DNA from: Spongospora subterranea f. sp. subterranea
Taxonomy: Eukaryota
DNA length: 64,000 bases
Direction: 5' to 3'
Assembly (NCBI GenBank): GCA_049724395.1
Contig: JAUGWO010000042.1
Span: forward strand, 124,001-188,000
Made by a program: the position numbers and the translations under genes. The notes beneath the pieces were generated by a model. The model was not told the origin of the DNA and did no database searches. It saw only the letters and a program-made list of their open reading frames with translations. Of the stretch, positions 26,147-41,088 are shown one piece after another. How positions within the stretch are numbered: the first letter of the stretch is position 1; every line of letters begins with the position of its first letter.

Positions 26147-27035
26147 GTATATCCACCGTATTATGACGACTCTAGAGTATCGCCGGACAACCGGACTGAC
26201 CGGACATTCGCAGTTTTACCACTGTTTGTACCCGCCCTTCACTCACAATTCGGGCTTTTGTGGTGGAAAGTGGAAACCCGGTTATTAGTTTGGAATATGG
26301 CGTGTTTTGTTGCCATTTTTTACAAGTCAGGGGGTAACCCGGGTGTTTAATAACCGACCATTCGAAATAGGTTCTTGTGTGGATTGTTACAAACATCCTA
26401 TTCCCTAAGACCTCTGGTTCTCTCTAGATGGCAGGACCAAATAACGGTCGAGAACAATATCATAGAACAGGAAGTTAAGCACAAATCGACAGGCGAAACC
26501 AATCAGAGCACAACATCCGTTGGCGCACTCCGACACGGGATATCTCATCATCGGAATCCACAAATGGTGTATGAGGACATCCCGAGAACAGGAATAAGGG
26601 CCAGGGAAGGAGGAGAGACTCTTTGTGTGCTTGATATCATTGTGTGGTCTGATTGGTTATGTCTCAAGGAGGTTAATTTATAGAATGTTGTTTACATCGT
26701 TCGGTCACCACGAATGAACGATGCAGAAACACAACGGTACGTTAACGGCACCGTTGTTAACATTGCAGATATTGGATTCGGCTAGTTATTGTACCTGACT
26801 ATCGGGCAATGATGGTGATTGACCACGCCCCGATAGCTCTCCAATGTGAATATGAAGGACCTCGCCATATCAGATCATGTTAAATCTCCTGTTTGTTGCC
26901 CGTAAAAGGCGAATATGCGAACAATATTAATCATCCTTTTGTTGAGTTGATACCCCGTTGAAGATATTTCCTTCAGTGCAATGGGCAGTCTCTGAAAGCA
27001 ATTGCTGATAATGGAAAATGCACCATACTACAGTA
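26147..27035 (+). CDS. Possible uncharacterised multi-exon gene
   Basis: ORFs 26114-26350 and 26375-26683 can be joined by a GT-AG intron. No recognisable motif; boundaries approximate. Confidence 0.25.
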
Positions 27036-27200
27036 GTCAAGTACACAATGACGTCTCCACGTTGATAACCAACATTAATTGCACATTTATAAATATGGGC
27101 GCCTACATTGCGCTTGATCATAATCAAAACTGATGCAAGTGGTTACGATGGAAACCGCAAACGGCATGTCCTGAAAAATCGCTGCGTTGGATCTTCAATG

Positions 27201-28888
<1,688 letters not shown>

Positions 28889-29584
28889 GGCTGGACGATG
28901 ATCAGGCAATTACCGGGTGTTGTTAACCAGGCCACAGCATGCGCTGATCGTGCGCCAGACGACCAATGATCGGCACCAGATCCCGTTCACCTGTTCCGCA
29001 GAAGGTGCCGTGATCTGATTATGGTCAACGGGACCTTCATCTCAACATACTCTAACAGGAAATCGAGATAATGATCAACTCGTATTGAGTGGTCGTTGCT
29101 GATTGTTGGCCGATGATGCTGTTATCTCCCATTACCGATTTCTTTGGTTGCCCAAATCTGGAAAACATTTCTACCGTTTGACTGATGATAATCCTTCTCA
29201 TACCGTTGTCAAACAATTGTTTATTAGAAACGGGGCCGTTATTGACCAACCTAACGAGACGGCGTTTTAGGGTATTGAGAATTGAATTTTATTGCCGAGA
29301 TCAGATACGGCCGTGTGTATTAGAAAACAATCAAAATTGTGTTAAAACCCTATAGATGATGGGACAACGAAATGAATGGGACGGATCTTGTCGTGGGTGG
29401 TTGATCGAGCGATGAACATCATTTCACAGCGAAAGATATCACAGCAATGAATCCCGGGAAGGCGTCGAGAGAACACAATACATCAGGAGTTGAATTGCTC
29501 GAGAGATCGATCACAGCGGTACAGCAGTAATATATAACAAGGGGAATAGGGTGGGAAATATCGGGTTTGGGGAATCGTTTGGTG

Positions 29585-31074
29585 ATGATGACGACACCCA
29601 ATAAACTACAGGTATCGGTTCATGATTTAGTTCATGATCAGTATAATGGGCCATCAACCACGTCCGTCAACAATAACAAAATCACGACGATGAAAAGTGG
29701 GACCAGAAAGTCAATGTTTTGGGTTAGCGAGAAGAAGCTGACAATGGAAGAGAGAATAGCGATCCCGCAGGGTCGTCATCATGAGAGAATATGGAAAACG
29801 GCAGGGTCGTATGTTGGCGATTGGAAGGATAATCTTAAACACGGATTCGGGATACAGATATGGCCAAATGGCAATAAATATGAAGGTGGGATCGGGGTAT
29901 TGGTGATTGGGGAAATGATGGTGATGAGGTTCAGGGGAATGGAGTCAAGGCCATCGCCATGGGACAGGGAATTACTATCGGGTCGATGGAGATGGGCGAT
30001 TGGTGAAGGTGTATTCGGGGGAATGGCGCCATGACGTGAAATACGGCCTGGGAGTGTATTACTATAAGAACGGGTACGAGATCACGTTGTGTGTGGGAAT
30101 GGCGATATGATGTGGTCTGATTAGGAAGAGATATGAGGGAGAGTGGAAGAACGGTATTAGAGAGGGACATGGAACAGAGATGAACGATAATGGCGATGTG
30201 TATATCGGGGGATGGATTCAAGGGAAGATGAGCGGATGGGGACGATTGATATCGGGTAATTCCCACATCGCCACGATCTCAGACCCGATTATTCACCAGT
30301 CCGTCGTGATATCCAGCTAACGGCAACGAGTTCATCGGCGAATGGCTAAACGGGCTCAAAGAGGGGAAAGGGCAATACTTTTATCGTGATCAGGATATGG
30401 TGTATGAAGGGGAATGGGTGAAAGGAATCGCCCAATGTGGCGTGTGCGGCCCGATCGATAGCAATACCGACCAGGGATCTGGTGTAGTTGATGGCCAACA
30501 TCACCGTCGTCATCTGCCAAAGGTACATTAAAACTGGCGCCATCCCTCAATCACCAGATCAACGCGATTCATGGGCGCTCCCCGTTGATTAGCTAGAGGT
30601 GCAAGAACCCGAGCAGATTATCGAGTCCAGAATAATCGATGTCCAGTTAAATCGAGCGGCAACTAGAGGTTTATCATTGGTGAATATCGAGGATATATTC
30701 GATGGCGATGCGATTGCCGATCTTCATAGGTATCGACCACGATCCCCTCTTTTGTTCAATCACCTCTCTGCAACTGTGTTCGTGTGATGATGGTTGACGG
30801 CGGTTCTAGATTGTTTGATGCCGCGTTGAAGGAGAACGAGCATCATGAGATCGGCGCCCTAGCATTGATGGAACTGCTGCTGGAAACTGGACTCAATCCA
30901 ACACCCGAGGATCTAGCCAGGATCATATCCGATTTCGACAAGAACGCCAACGAAGGTTTCTCGTTCGTGGAGTTCGTCAAGTCGATCTATCTAATGCAGC
31001 TGATTGACCGACAGAAGAACGGTGATGAGATGAAGGGCGAGTTCGACGGTGTCAACGATGACAATGAGGAATAG
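29585..31074 (+). CDS. MORN-repeat protein (MORN3-like) with C-terminal EF-hand, multi-exon
   Basis: Repeated Y-x-G-x-W..G-x-G units (YVGDWKDNLKHGFG, YEGEWKNGIREGHG, FIGEWLNGLKEGKG); DKNANEGFSFVEF EF-hand. Start uncertain. Confidence 0.85.
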
Positions 31075-31217
31075 AGATAACGTCTTTTCCATAAAACGAT
31101 TAAATCCCAATCAATTAGGCCACTCGTCATAGGATTATACTCAATTTATTGACGCCATTAGCTCTCTTGGACCAACATCACCCTCGAACGTGGATTTCAG
31201 ACGTAAAACTTTAGGCA

Positions 31218-32549
31218 ATGAGGGCTAAAATCTATGGGCGTGATAAGGTTTGGTGCTGAGTCGATTTTGAGAGACTGACGATGAACATGATTATAGAAGT
31301 GTAAATCGATGATATCCCCATTGATGAGTGCTGCTTTTCAGCAAAGGTAGGGGAGTGGTGCATAATAGAGGGCGGTACGACTGGTGTTTGATCGAGGAAA
31401 ACAGGTTTATGATGGATATTGAAGGTCGACCTAGAGGTGGTCAAGGAAATCGACAGATAGCATCATCGAGACCAGGGCAAACCCGCTCTCTAACGTTCGG
31501 TATACGAATCTGCTCGTAGTCGGAAGACTTAGACCTGATCAACGGAAACAGGGCAAAGAGTCGGTATAGATCCAATGCCAGAACCGCTTCTCACTCAGGA
31601 GCAATGGGAGCAGATCAAAACGGCCTCTCGCAATCGAGGAGACAATGACAATCCTTGTGCGATTTGCCATGAATTATTCAAGACTAATAATCAGGAAACT
31701 ATGGCCCTATGGTTGATGATTGTGGGCAGATCAAGTGATGCTGACAATACTCAGGTTCTGTTGAGTTGCTCTCATACATTCCATAGATCATGTTTGCGCA
31801 GCTTCGAGAAGTTCTCAGGATCCCAAACATGCCCATTGTGCCGTCAAACCCAATATGATCAGGTCGGTCTCCATAGGCCTGCACCGGACATCAGAGCGCA
31901 TCTGACTTTCAACGAGAGATTGGGATCTCTGATGGAGCGGCACAATACAGGATACGTTGTGCCATTCGAATCCAATCACTGTTTAGGGCCAGAAAGGGCA
32001 GGAGATTAGCTCATGCGTTATGGCTGCGCGAGGCCCCCAATAACCCAGTATTGAGGAAAAAGTTTTTGATCCATCAGGTTCAATTTGATGTTCCGTCGTC
32101 AGATATTTTTGTGTTTACGATCGTTGCAGTTAGGGGAAGCGACAGACGATATCGTCTCTAAAACTAATACCACATCCCAGGAAATTCAGGATTTGTTTTC
32201 GGAGATCGATTCCAGTCTACAACTGAGCAGGATCGCATTTGAGGAAGCGGATACCATCTTTCGCAAGCCAACGACTCACTGGGATCGCATCCTGAAGGAG
32301 GTATGGGGAGAATCATTCGATCGGGTGACGATGATTGATGGAGTTTAGGCTGACCATAGACTGCAAGATGACTGTCCAATATGCATGGCGTCATTACAGA
32401 GCAAAAAGGACAAAATATTAACGAGCTGCGGCCACATATTCCATAAACGATGTCTGGAATCATTCGAAGAGTTTGCGCCAGGGCGAGTCTGCTGCCCCAT
32501 GTGCCGAACTGTGGGATTTGAAAAACATATCATCGTTAAAGATTATTAA
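31218..32549 (+). CDS. RNF32: RNF32-like protein (RING-H2, IQ motif, RING-H2), multi-exon
   Basis: LTQEQWEQIK..CAIC..QVLLSCSHTFHRSCLRSFEKF..CPLCR, IQ motif RIQSLFRARKGR, second RING CPIC..SCGHIFHKRCLESFEEF..CPMCR. Confidence 0.88.
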
Positions 32550-32714
32550 AACGTTTTAGTGAAAGTCGACTCTTGTATTAGTTATGATTCAAGAAGTGAA
32601 AAATTAGACATAGTCATGAATGAAAATCTTGTCAATTGTAATTGGAATACAAAGCGGTTCATGAAGAACGGGATCGGCCCGCTTCGTTGTCGCACTCGAA
32701 TAGGAATTAAAAAA

Positions 32715-35700
32715 TTATAAAGGGAGACCAACTGCATGAGGCCATGAGGCAGTTGAAGGAAGAGGGCCGCGGGCAGGCCATATACCGGATACAGACGTAT
32801 CAGCAGAGAGCGGTTCTAACGCATCAGTGGGACACGATTCTGATGGATCCCCCAAGGTCTGCATTAAATCGTTAAAAAACGACACAGTTACAATTTCCAT
32901 ATATAAATACCTGATCGTTGAACCGGGGTTGGCGCTTAGATTTGATGGAGATAGAGGAATGGTCATGTTCAGCAAAGGATCGGGTAAATGCCGGCCGATA
33001 ATCATGCATGGGAGGGACAGAGGCGACACTTGACGACACTGCACCAAGTGACGGAGACGCTCGTCCAACTACTCCTGAAGCTGATGACCAATCAACAAGC
33101 GGTTCTAAAAACGCACATGCACAAGTTAAAGATAATCGTATCAAGCCGGTTGCGAAGCACAGACCATCATGTAGGTGAGATTGGCGGAACTTGATAACAC
33201 CTTGATTGCTACTCCAAGCAGTAGCGGCGTTGCCACCAGGGCGGAAGGTGGCAGCAGAGGCGTCAAGGGTTAAAGTCGCACCTGAGCTTGACGAATCAAG
33301 CCAAACGCTAGGACCCCCGCTGACACCGTTGTCGACGTGCTCGGCACTTCTCCACAATGATGGGTAGCCAGGATACGGAAGATGGTGCTGATAAATAGGG
33401 CTTGACCGGTTATATAGGTTCTGAGAGCAAATTTTTGATTTTAATTGGATCGAAATTCTCAAAGAGCAGCAAATCGGATAATACCTCATCATTTTCCGCG
33501 ACAGTCTTTACCTGCGCGTAAACGTCATTACTAGCAACAGCACAGTTTTGGTTCGCCCAGCGCGGCATTGAAGCGGGCCATGTACTATTGACACGTCGGT
33601 TTCGAGACAATGAGGTTGGAGTCGACTCATGCGTTGGGAACGGATAGAAGTTGGCCGCGGCGGCATCACTTCCTTCACAGGACCAACTGGAAAGCACCTG
33701 CGTTAACACAAGTCAATGTGAATTATGGATAGATCAGTCAACATCACATACGCGGTCCCAATGAGCGAGTTTCCGCATTTTTCTATCCTGAGGATCGGGA
33801 TCTTTGAGTTCGCGATCTAAGTATGCTCTGAGATCCACTTCTACTCCAGCCCAAAATGCTCGATATTCGTCCCGACGAGAGCTGGTGGCATTCCAAAGGT
33901 GTACGAGAGGCTCGAAAACAAACGCAGATTTTTGAATACAGGGAGTCATGTCGTAAGCCTTTTCAAGTTAGTGACGAAAAAATCGTTTGGTTGGAATGAT
34001 ATACCTGCAAAACTTCTTTCATATGCAGAGCCGGGTCAGCTGCATACGAGGCGGCTTTCAAAATTGACGAGGTATGATGAGCAGAGAACCTGAACGCACG
34101 ATCTTCTTTTTTCGCCTAAAAAAGAATTCAAATTCAATAAACGAGTTGTTCTTTACAAAGCAACAATCCATGTACCTGAAACCATCTCCAGCATAAATCG
34201 AAATCCCTCCGATGCGCGGCTACATGAAGCGCTAATCCGGACGGATATTTTCCCAACAATTTATGATGACGTTCAAAACACCTGCGCCATATTTAACACG
34301 ACGTTGTTCATATATTCCGACAAAACCAACCATTTCACGCGATTGAACCATTTATTCGCCTCTTGCTGCTGGTTACGGCTATACTTAAAAAACGCCTTGG
34401 AGCATAATGTCACAACCTGTCATGAACTCATGAGTATAGTTATGAAATGAATGATTTTTTAACGCTACTTCTTCGATTGTGTGCTCGTTCACCGATTCTA
34501 CAGTTGACGCTACGCGCCATCCGATATTGAAATTTTCCTCTTCGATGCATTTTTCAAGGAGCACCCCTGTGAGATGGCAGGCAGCAGGACGGCCGTCCTC
34601 GATCATATTCAGTAATCTCTATTTCTCGAGTTAACATTGCTGATTCACAATGATGCACCACCAACCTTGAAATCCTCGTTTGATAGGTAGTCCTTTTCAG
34701 AAGTGATTGTAGACACCATAAAGTCGACCAAGGCCTCCTAAAAAAGGATAGAATTGGTTAAACAGTGTGGAACACCCCCAAAAAGACATGGCAACCTGGT
34801 CATCATCCTGGACCTCAGATGCCTTTTTAATTGAGGAAGCCCTTTCTCCGGTACAAGACTCAGCAGAAGATATTATACGAACTGCTAGTTTTTCTAAAGG
34901 ATCCAAATGGGAATCTTGGATTAGGTCTAACATTTCCTGAACTTGGCTTGGCTCCGTGTCACGTCGACAATCGCTCCTTCTACGGCAACGATGATCATCA
35001 ATGTGATGAAGGAGAGAGAAACAATGTGATTTAACTGACTCGTTGTTTTTCCGATAAATCTTGTCATTTTTTGTAGCCAATCTCATCAGGGTTTTAAAAA
35101 CAACAAAGTTCCAATGATTCGGATGGACACCCATTTTCATTACAGCCATTGTCTCTTGAAAATTATGCTGAGACGCCATTGATGAAGAGGTGCAGGATAT
35201 AGCAAGTTTGTGTATAGCACGAACGCCAATTAATTCTCGAGCATCACCTTAGGAACACTCAGGGCATATCACAGAAGGAGAAACACTACACCGGTACCTT
35301 CTGACATGTCAATCAGCAATAACCTGCAAAATTCAGGTACTACTGGGGACATTTTCAGAAAGAACGAAGAGCACGGCTCTCGATTTTGAATGAACTTGGC
35401 AAGTTTTTCTTGCGCCTCAACCTTGGTAATGGCATGCGCTTCATAATCGCGTCTCGCTAAAAAACTTCCTAGCATCTCAGCAGTGATGTAAGAAATTGAG
35501 CGATCGCAAAGGACAGAACGAATTGCTATTGAACAGAAAAAATCAATAGAGTATGGCGAAGTACATTGGTGAACTCATATACCTGCTTTGAATTGAGAAG
35601 GTAATGCATTGCCCAAAGACGGGAAGATAAATAGGAAATTGGCAGTGAAGCGAACAGGAGACGATTCCGAGACTGCAAACTCTTTGAACATGCAGACAAC

Positions 35701-36015
35701 ATGTAAAGCAGGTTGCGGTGCGTCCGCTGCAAAATCTTGAGCATGAAGCCGCTCCATAACTTCATCGGGTTCATTTTCATTGACTATCGAAGAAACCCGC
35801 ACAACCAAAGCATTGCTATGCTGCGACGTTATTTCGTGCCAATCAAGACTGCCAACCTTGATGTAATCCCAAGTGTTCGTTTCGAGATCGCGTCGAAATT
35901 CGTAGGATTGAACTTTAACTGGAGACCCGTTCCCCTCGACTTCGTTCGCCAGAATTCCCGCTATAGATGTCGGTGGAGGTGGCGGGGACGACTCGAATAA
36001 GGCGACGCCCGACAT
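32715..36015 (-). CDS. Large uncharacterised multi-exon gene (helical central region)
   Basis: Chain of minus-strand ORFs separated by short GT-AG introns. No family recognised; 3' end uncertain. Confidence 0.55.
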
Positions 36016-37199
36016 CCGAGCGAAAGGGTCGACGAATGGTGTTAGTCAAGTTATATATTTTACTCCGTGCGCAGAACTCGACCCCCTCGAGGCGGCACAG
36101 GTAGTTTGGGATCTGGCCTGTGGATAAAGAGGGGATGAGCAGTGACCCCCTCCCACTCCCAGTGGAGCACATTGGTAGGCCGGTTGGAGCAAGAGGTGCG
36201 TGACACTGCACATGGGCTTGTTGACTGAGTTGAACGTCAACAGCTATGTTGAGATGACCGTCCCTTTGAAACATACCATTGACGCATGCTGCTACACATA
36301 ATGATTGGGTACTGGGCGCAGTGGCGTTCTCCCCGTGACCGGATGGGGCTCAACGAGGCGCTGACTTTCTCTAATTAGGAGTTATTGAAGGCAATTCAAG
36401 GCAATTTCTAGGTTCGAACTTGCGGACGAAACGTCCTGAAAAGCGATGGCCCTACTGAAAATTGCACTATAGTGCTCCATTGGCGTGTATTTTGACGTTT
36501 TTGGTCGAATGCAGCCATAACCCTGAAATCTGTCGTAAAAGTTTCTGAAACCATGTTCAACTTTTCAAGCATTCAAACCGCACATCTCCATGCCTTTATA
36601 TAGAGATTGTTTGAGTTCCACCGGTAATCATTATTTCGTCATAGGGGGAAGTCGTGAATTTCTTCGTGTTTTTCCTTCCTCCATGGCATGTCTAGAACTT
36701 TTTGTCACCGCTAACCTGTTAAATTTCTTACTTAACAAGATGAATTTCAATTTTCCTCATCAAGGATTGCGGGTTTTCTCGATATATATTTGCAATCTTT
36801 CAGACTAAAAGCCAGTTTTTAGACTTGCTGAAACTAAAAAAAAAAACAAAAAAAAACAATGAAAACCGATATAAACAGGCGAGTCATGCTATGTTGACCA
36901 CTATGGCGACATATCTACTATGGCAGAATCACATGAAAGTTAATGAAGGAAAAGTCATTCTTAATCGTTCTCATCGTACCGGTATCTCTACATCCAACTT
37001 TAATTTTCCGTTCAACAATCGCTTCTATTGATCGATCATTTAGATAACATCCAATTGCATTTTATTAGCAACATCCCTTGTGACATCACCTACAATCAGT
37101 TTGCACAATCTAAGATAGTTCTACTATGTACCTTTCATCAACCTTTTCCTCAAGGTAACTCAATCCACAATAATCTTGACAACGCATGTCAGGTGGGAA

Positions 37200-37660
37200 A
37201 TTTCGCGCCGCTATTCCGCTTGACTGGCTCAGGAGTACTCGTTTCGCGAAAAACACGTTTTTGTGTTGCGAGTAGTTATGGTGCGTCTGGAGCAGAATTT
37301 TACCACGATAGTTCTGTAAACATTCCACTCGCAAAGCAATCCGACGCATTGGTCTGCCATATCGCCTGCGTTGTAGTTTTGATCCTTAAAATGCACTTGA
37401 AATGCAGTAACTTTGAACATAGTCGCTTCCAGTTGTCGTGGAGCATCAACTACTGAGGAGTTGACGACCTTCGAGAACTCGCTATAAACGTCATTTCGGT
37501 TCGGTTACAAACATGAATTCGATTGCCGACCAGGATTTCAAGTCCAGACAGTACTGTTTGCGCTGGAAAAGAGGATTATTTTTCACGAGGGTTTTACAAT
37601 TGAGGGGGTATCGTGTAAGTCCGTAGTCCGATCGGTTCTCTCTCTCTCTCTCACACACCA
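37200..37660 (+). mobile_element. Decayed Ty3/Gypsy 3' end (integrase C-terminus, PPT, start of 3' LTR)
   Basis: KHVF..RL / EFYHDSSVN..HIA resembles the H-x-SRLKFY-x-DSSL motif of chromovirus-like integrase tails. It is followed by TTGAGGGGGTATCG|TGTAAG and a (CT)n tract. Confidence 0.45.
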
Positions 37661-37666
37661 GGAGCG

Positions 37667-39366
37667 ATGTGCACTGGCCTTGTGTACGACGAGAGATGTA
37701 ATGACCATAGACTGCCGGAAGGGGTTTCCCATGTCGAGCATCCCGGTCGAACTTCGGCAATATGGGTATGTGCTAACAACAAACACTGATGGGCATGAAG
37801 TGGCAGTTAATTGTCGCTGCTTCATATCAGGATGGTTTAGCTGTTTCAGGCCTCGCTGATAAATGCATTATGGTTCCAGCCAGACCTGCTTCATTAGACG
37901 AACTTGAGACAACCCATAGTGAAGCTCATATCAATCTGATAATGAACTGTAAAGATGTTCGCAATTCAGTTACTTTTCCCGTAATTTACTTGCATACAAC
38001 AGGTTCAATTAACGACGGCGCTCCCACGTTTATCGACTCCGACACATATCTATCTTCTGGATCAAAACAGGCTGCTCTATTGGCGGCAGGAGGGCTCATT
38101 GGTGAACACTGCCAATTGTCAGCTGAATTTAACTAGTAACGACAAACGTTCTCAGATTTGTGCGATCTGGTTGTATCTGGTTATATCCACGACGGGTTCT
38201 CAGTAATGAGGCCACCGGGACACCACGCTGGCCCTGATGGACCTTCTGGGTTTTGCTTACTGAACAGCGTAGCGATTGCTGGTAAAAAGTGATAATTCTG
38301 TGGAGTCAGCTTAGAACTTATACTGCACCAGCGAACGTTATGTTGAAGCGGCATCCAGAAGTGGAACGGATCCTGGTTTTCGATTGGGACGTTCACCATG
38401 GTGACCACGTTTGCGCTAGATGATCCTTTCCTTATTCGGTTATAGGAAATGGCTCAGAGGAAATATTTTATGACAATCCAAACGTCTTATTTCAATCCAT
38501 ACATCGGGGAAGCGGGTTCTATCCATGCTCAGGTTTGGTTGAAGATGTTGGAGAAGAACCCGCCGAGGGTCTGACAGTGAATGTTCCACTTCCTTATGGT
38601 AATATGGGTGACGATGCCTTTCTAAGTGTGATGGAGCAAGTTTTCATCCCTATTGCCAAGGAGTTTAACCCAAATTTTATTTTGATTTCTGCCGGATTCG
38701 ATGCATGCGAAGGAGATCCTCTGTACATATCTTGTGACAGCCGCTTCTTTATTGTTGCGATTAATCGTGTTTGTTTCCAGGGGAGGGATGCTGGTCACCC
38801 CTGAAGGTTTCGCTCGCATGATGGCACTACTTCGGAAAGTCAACCCCAGAATTGTGCTGGCTTTGGAAGGCGGCTACAATCTCGATTCCATAACTGCATG
38901 TACGAATGCATGTGTTAAAGTACTTGTTGAAGGGGATGACCATTTAAGCGAGCTTCCAATTCCAAAACGGTTGACACGGAAGCAGGTACACACAGAATAG
39001 GAATAACCATTGAATGCTGTAATCGTCTGACAATCCTCACAGAATTTGTCTTCACTTGCATTAAAATCGCTTATTGAGAAAGTGAGAAAAGTACACGGTC
39101 AATTCTGGAATTGCTTTAAAGAGCCTGATGACCGCGTTTCAATGCTAGACGCCCAGGCAGCAAGTTTAATCGAGAAAATATCGTTAATGTCAAGTCTCAT
39201 CCATGCAGAAGCCAACGAAATGGCGAATTTTGTCAATGTGGACGATGATAACCCAGAACCGTGTATAGTTTCAGAAGCCTCATGTCGGAAAGCAGATGTT
39301 GATGTCGAAGCTGTCGTTGAAGTATTAACATCTATTGCAGAAACCAATTTGAAATTGCCAATTTGA
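37667..39366 (+). CDS. Class II histone deacetylase (HDA1/HDAC6-10-like, single domain), multi-exon
   Basis: TGLVYDER, HVEHPGR, RPPGHHA, GFCLLNSVA, DWDVHHGNG, ISAGFDA, LEGGY: catalytic residues intact. Confidence 0.93.
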
Positions 39367-39415
39367 TAGAATTATGGTTTATGATAATCAAATTGAGGAG
39401 TGACCATGGAGGATG

Positions 39416-41088
39416 TTAATCATCATTTATGTCTTGAAGAATATCGTCTAGCAGCAATTGAACGAGAGCTTTTCCTTTAGCGTAAAAGAAGGAATCTGTT
39501 GAACATTGCACGCGGTTTTTTATCAAAGGACCAGAAAGAAGCTGCATTTCGGCAAAACATTTTGATCTGATGATCTTGCGGATTCGCCCGTTACCTTTAC
39601 AAAGCCAATATAGTATGAAAGCATGCATATATAGGAGACAACCAACGTGAGGAGAACAGGGCACCCTCAAAAGATGGGAAATACGCATAAAAGAGCGTGG
39701 GACCCTTTTTTCACAGTACTCGCTAGAGCCCGACAAGAGTGTAAGAAGATATTCCCTGTCCAAGTTTAATCCTTCGGTTGGCATATGGTTGGCTTGATCA
39801 AAAACAGCAATCATCTGGAAACTAACCGCCGCCTGTAGATGGTCAATTTCAACAAGCTTTCGCTGAACTGGCGACATATGTTCTTCAACGATCTCCAAAA
39901 CGGGCTGATTTGGCTTGATTGGCGATAAGATCCTATGCAAAGTTGGAGCGGTGATGGAGGCATCACTTTTTAATCCTGCTCCTGTTGCTGTTGGATTGGA
40001 TGGAAATGTTTGATTTCAGCAGGGCCAGGTGTGCCTGTTGAGCGATTGGCCAAAATTGGCAAACATAGCAAGGCATGTATGAATTCATCTCGCTGAAAAT
40101 ATGACCCACTGATTAAAGCTATCCGCTCCAAAAGGCGGCATCCACCAGAAAGTAGTTGATGGTAGAAAAGTAGAATGGACAAATACTGTTTGAGCAAATC
40201 TAAATTCTCCACTATGATGGCATCAACGCCGTCAACGGTTGACTCGAGGAAACCCTGTGTTTGGAGTGTGCCCAATCCCAGTAGTTCCCTGAATAACAGC
40301 ATGTGCAATTCCTGGGCCTGTCAGATCCGATAAGAACTTGATCTTTTATCAAACAAAATTATTACCTGAAACGCGCTGACTTTACAGAACATATTTCCAC
40401 CGACGACCATTGCTAAGTTTTCTAAAGCATCTGTTTTTTCAGCCACAGATGATGCTTTTAGTATCGAAGTAAGCAGCGTTCGAAAAAGAATACTGGATTC
40501 ATGCTGCTTCAAATGTAGTGCCGCGACACATTTTGATGACGCATATAGACTTGGCCACGCTTGTTCAATTCTCTTATAGGTCCATGTTCCTTCCATGAAA
40601 AAGAACAATTGTGAGTCCGAAAAGATCGTATACAGATGGACAGAATCTTCCATTGCCATTTGATCGTCAATGCAAACTTTGATATGCTGGGAATCACTGG
40701 CTATGCTTTCTTCTAAAAATTTCGCAGTGTCCTTAAGTCTTTCGATAGCTAGAATGTTCAATAAAGGAATGCATACAGGAGCATCTAATTAACAACATTG
40801 GATAGTGTACGCATTTCATACGTCTTGTTTACCCTTAGGCTGTGAACGTACTTCGTCGATTTGAACAATAAATATGGCATTGTTACAGATCAGGAATACA
40901 AAATACCCTTCGCAGTTTACCCAATTTAGCAAAATGGCTTTGCATGCAAAAGTTCAACAACCTTTAGGCTGTAATGACTTGTTCTCCACCAATACCGCTG
41001 TCTCGAAGTAGACCATATCTTGCATTATGGCGACATCGAATATGCGTCTGAGGGTTGATTCCATTTGATTCTTATTCCCTTGCCTCAT
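39416..41088 (-). CDS. C12orf56/DUF4551-like protein, multi-exon
   Basis: N-terminal LRR..YFETAVLV..IPLLNILAIERLKDTAKFL..SQHIKV parallels the remembered C12orf56 pattern (L..VVAIDL..EFL..SQHIRI). Confidence 0.6.

Noticed and set aside
36940..37060. hAT transposase LDV-x-TRW motif (KLKLDVEIPVR) on the minus strand
   Set aside because: Too short and degenerate, with no other hAT motifs nearby.
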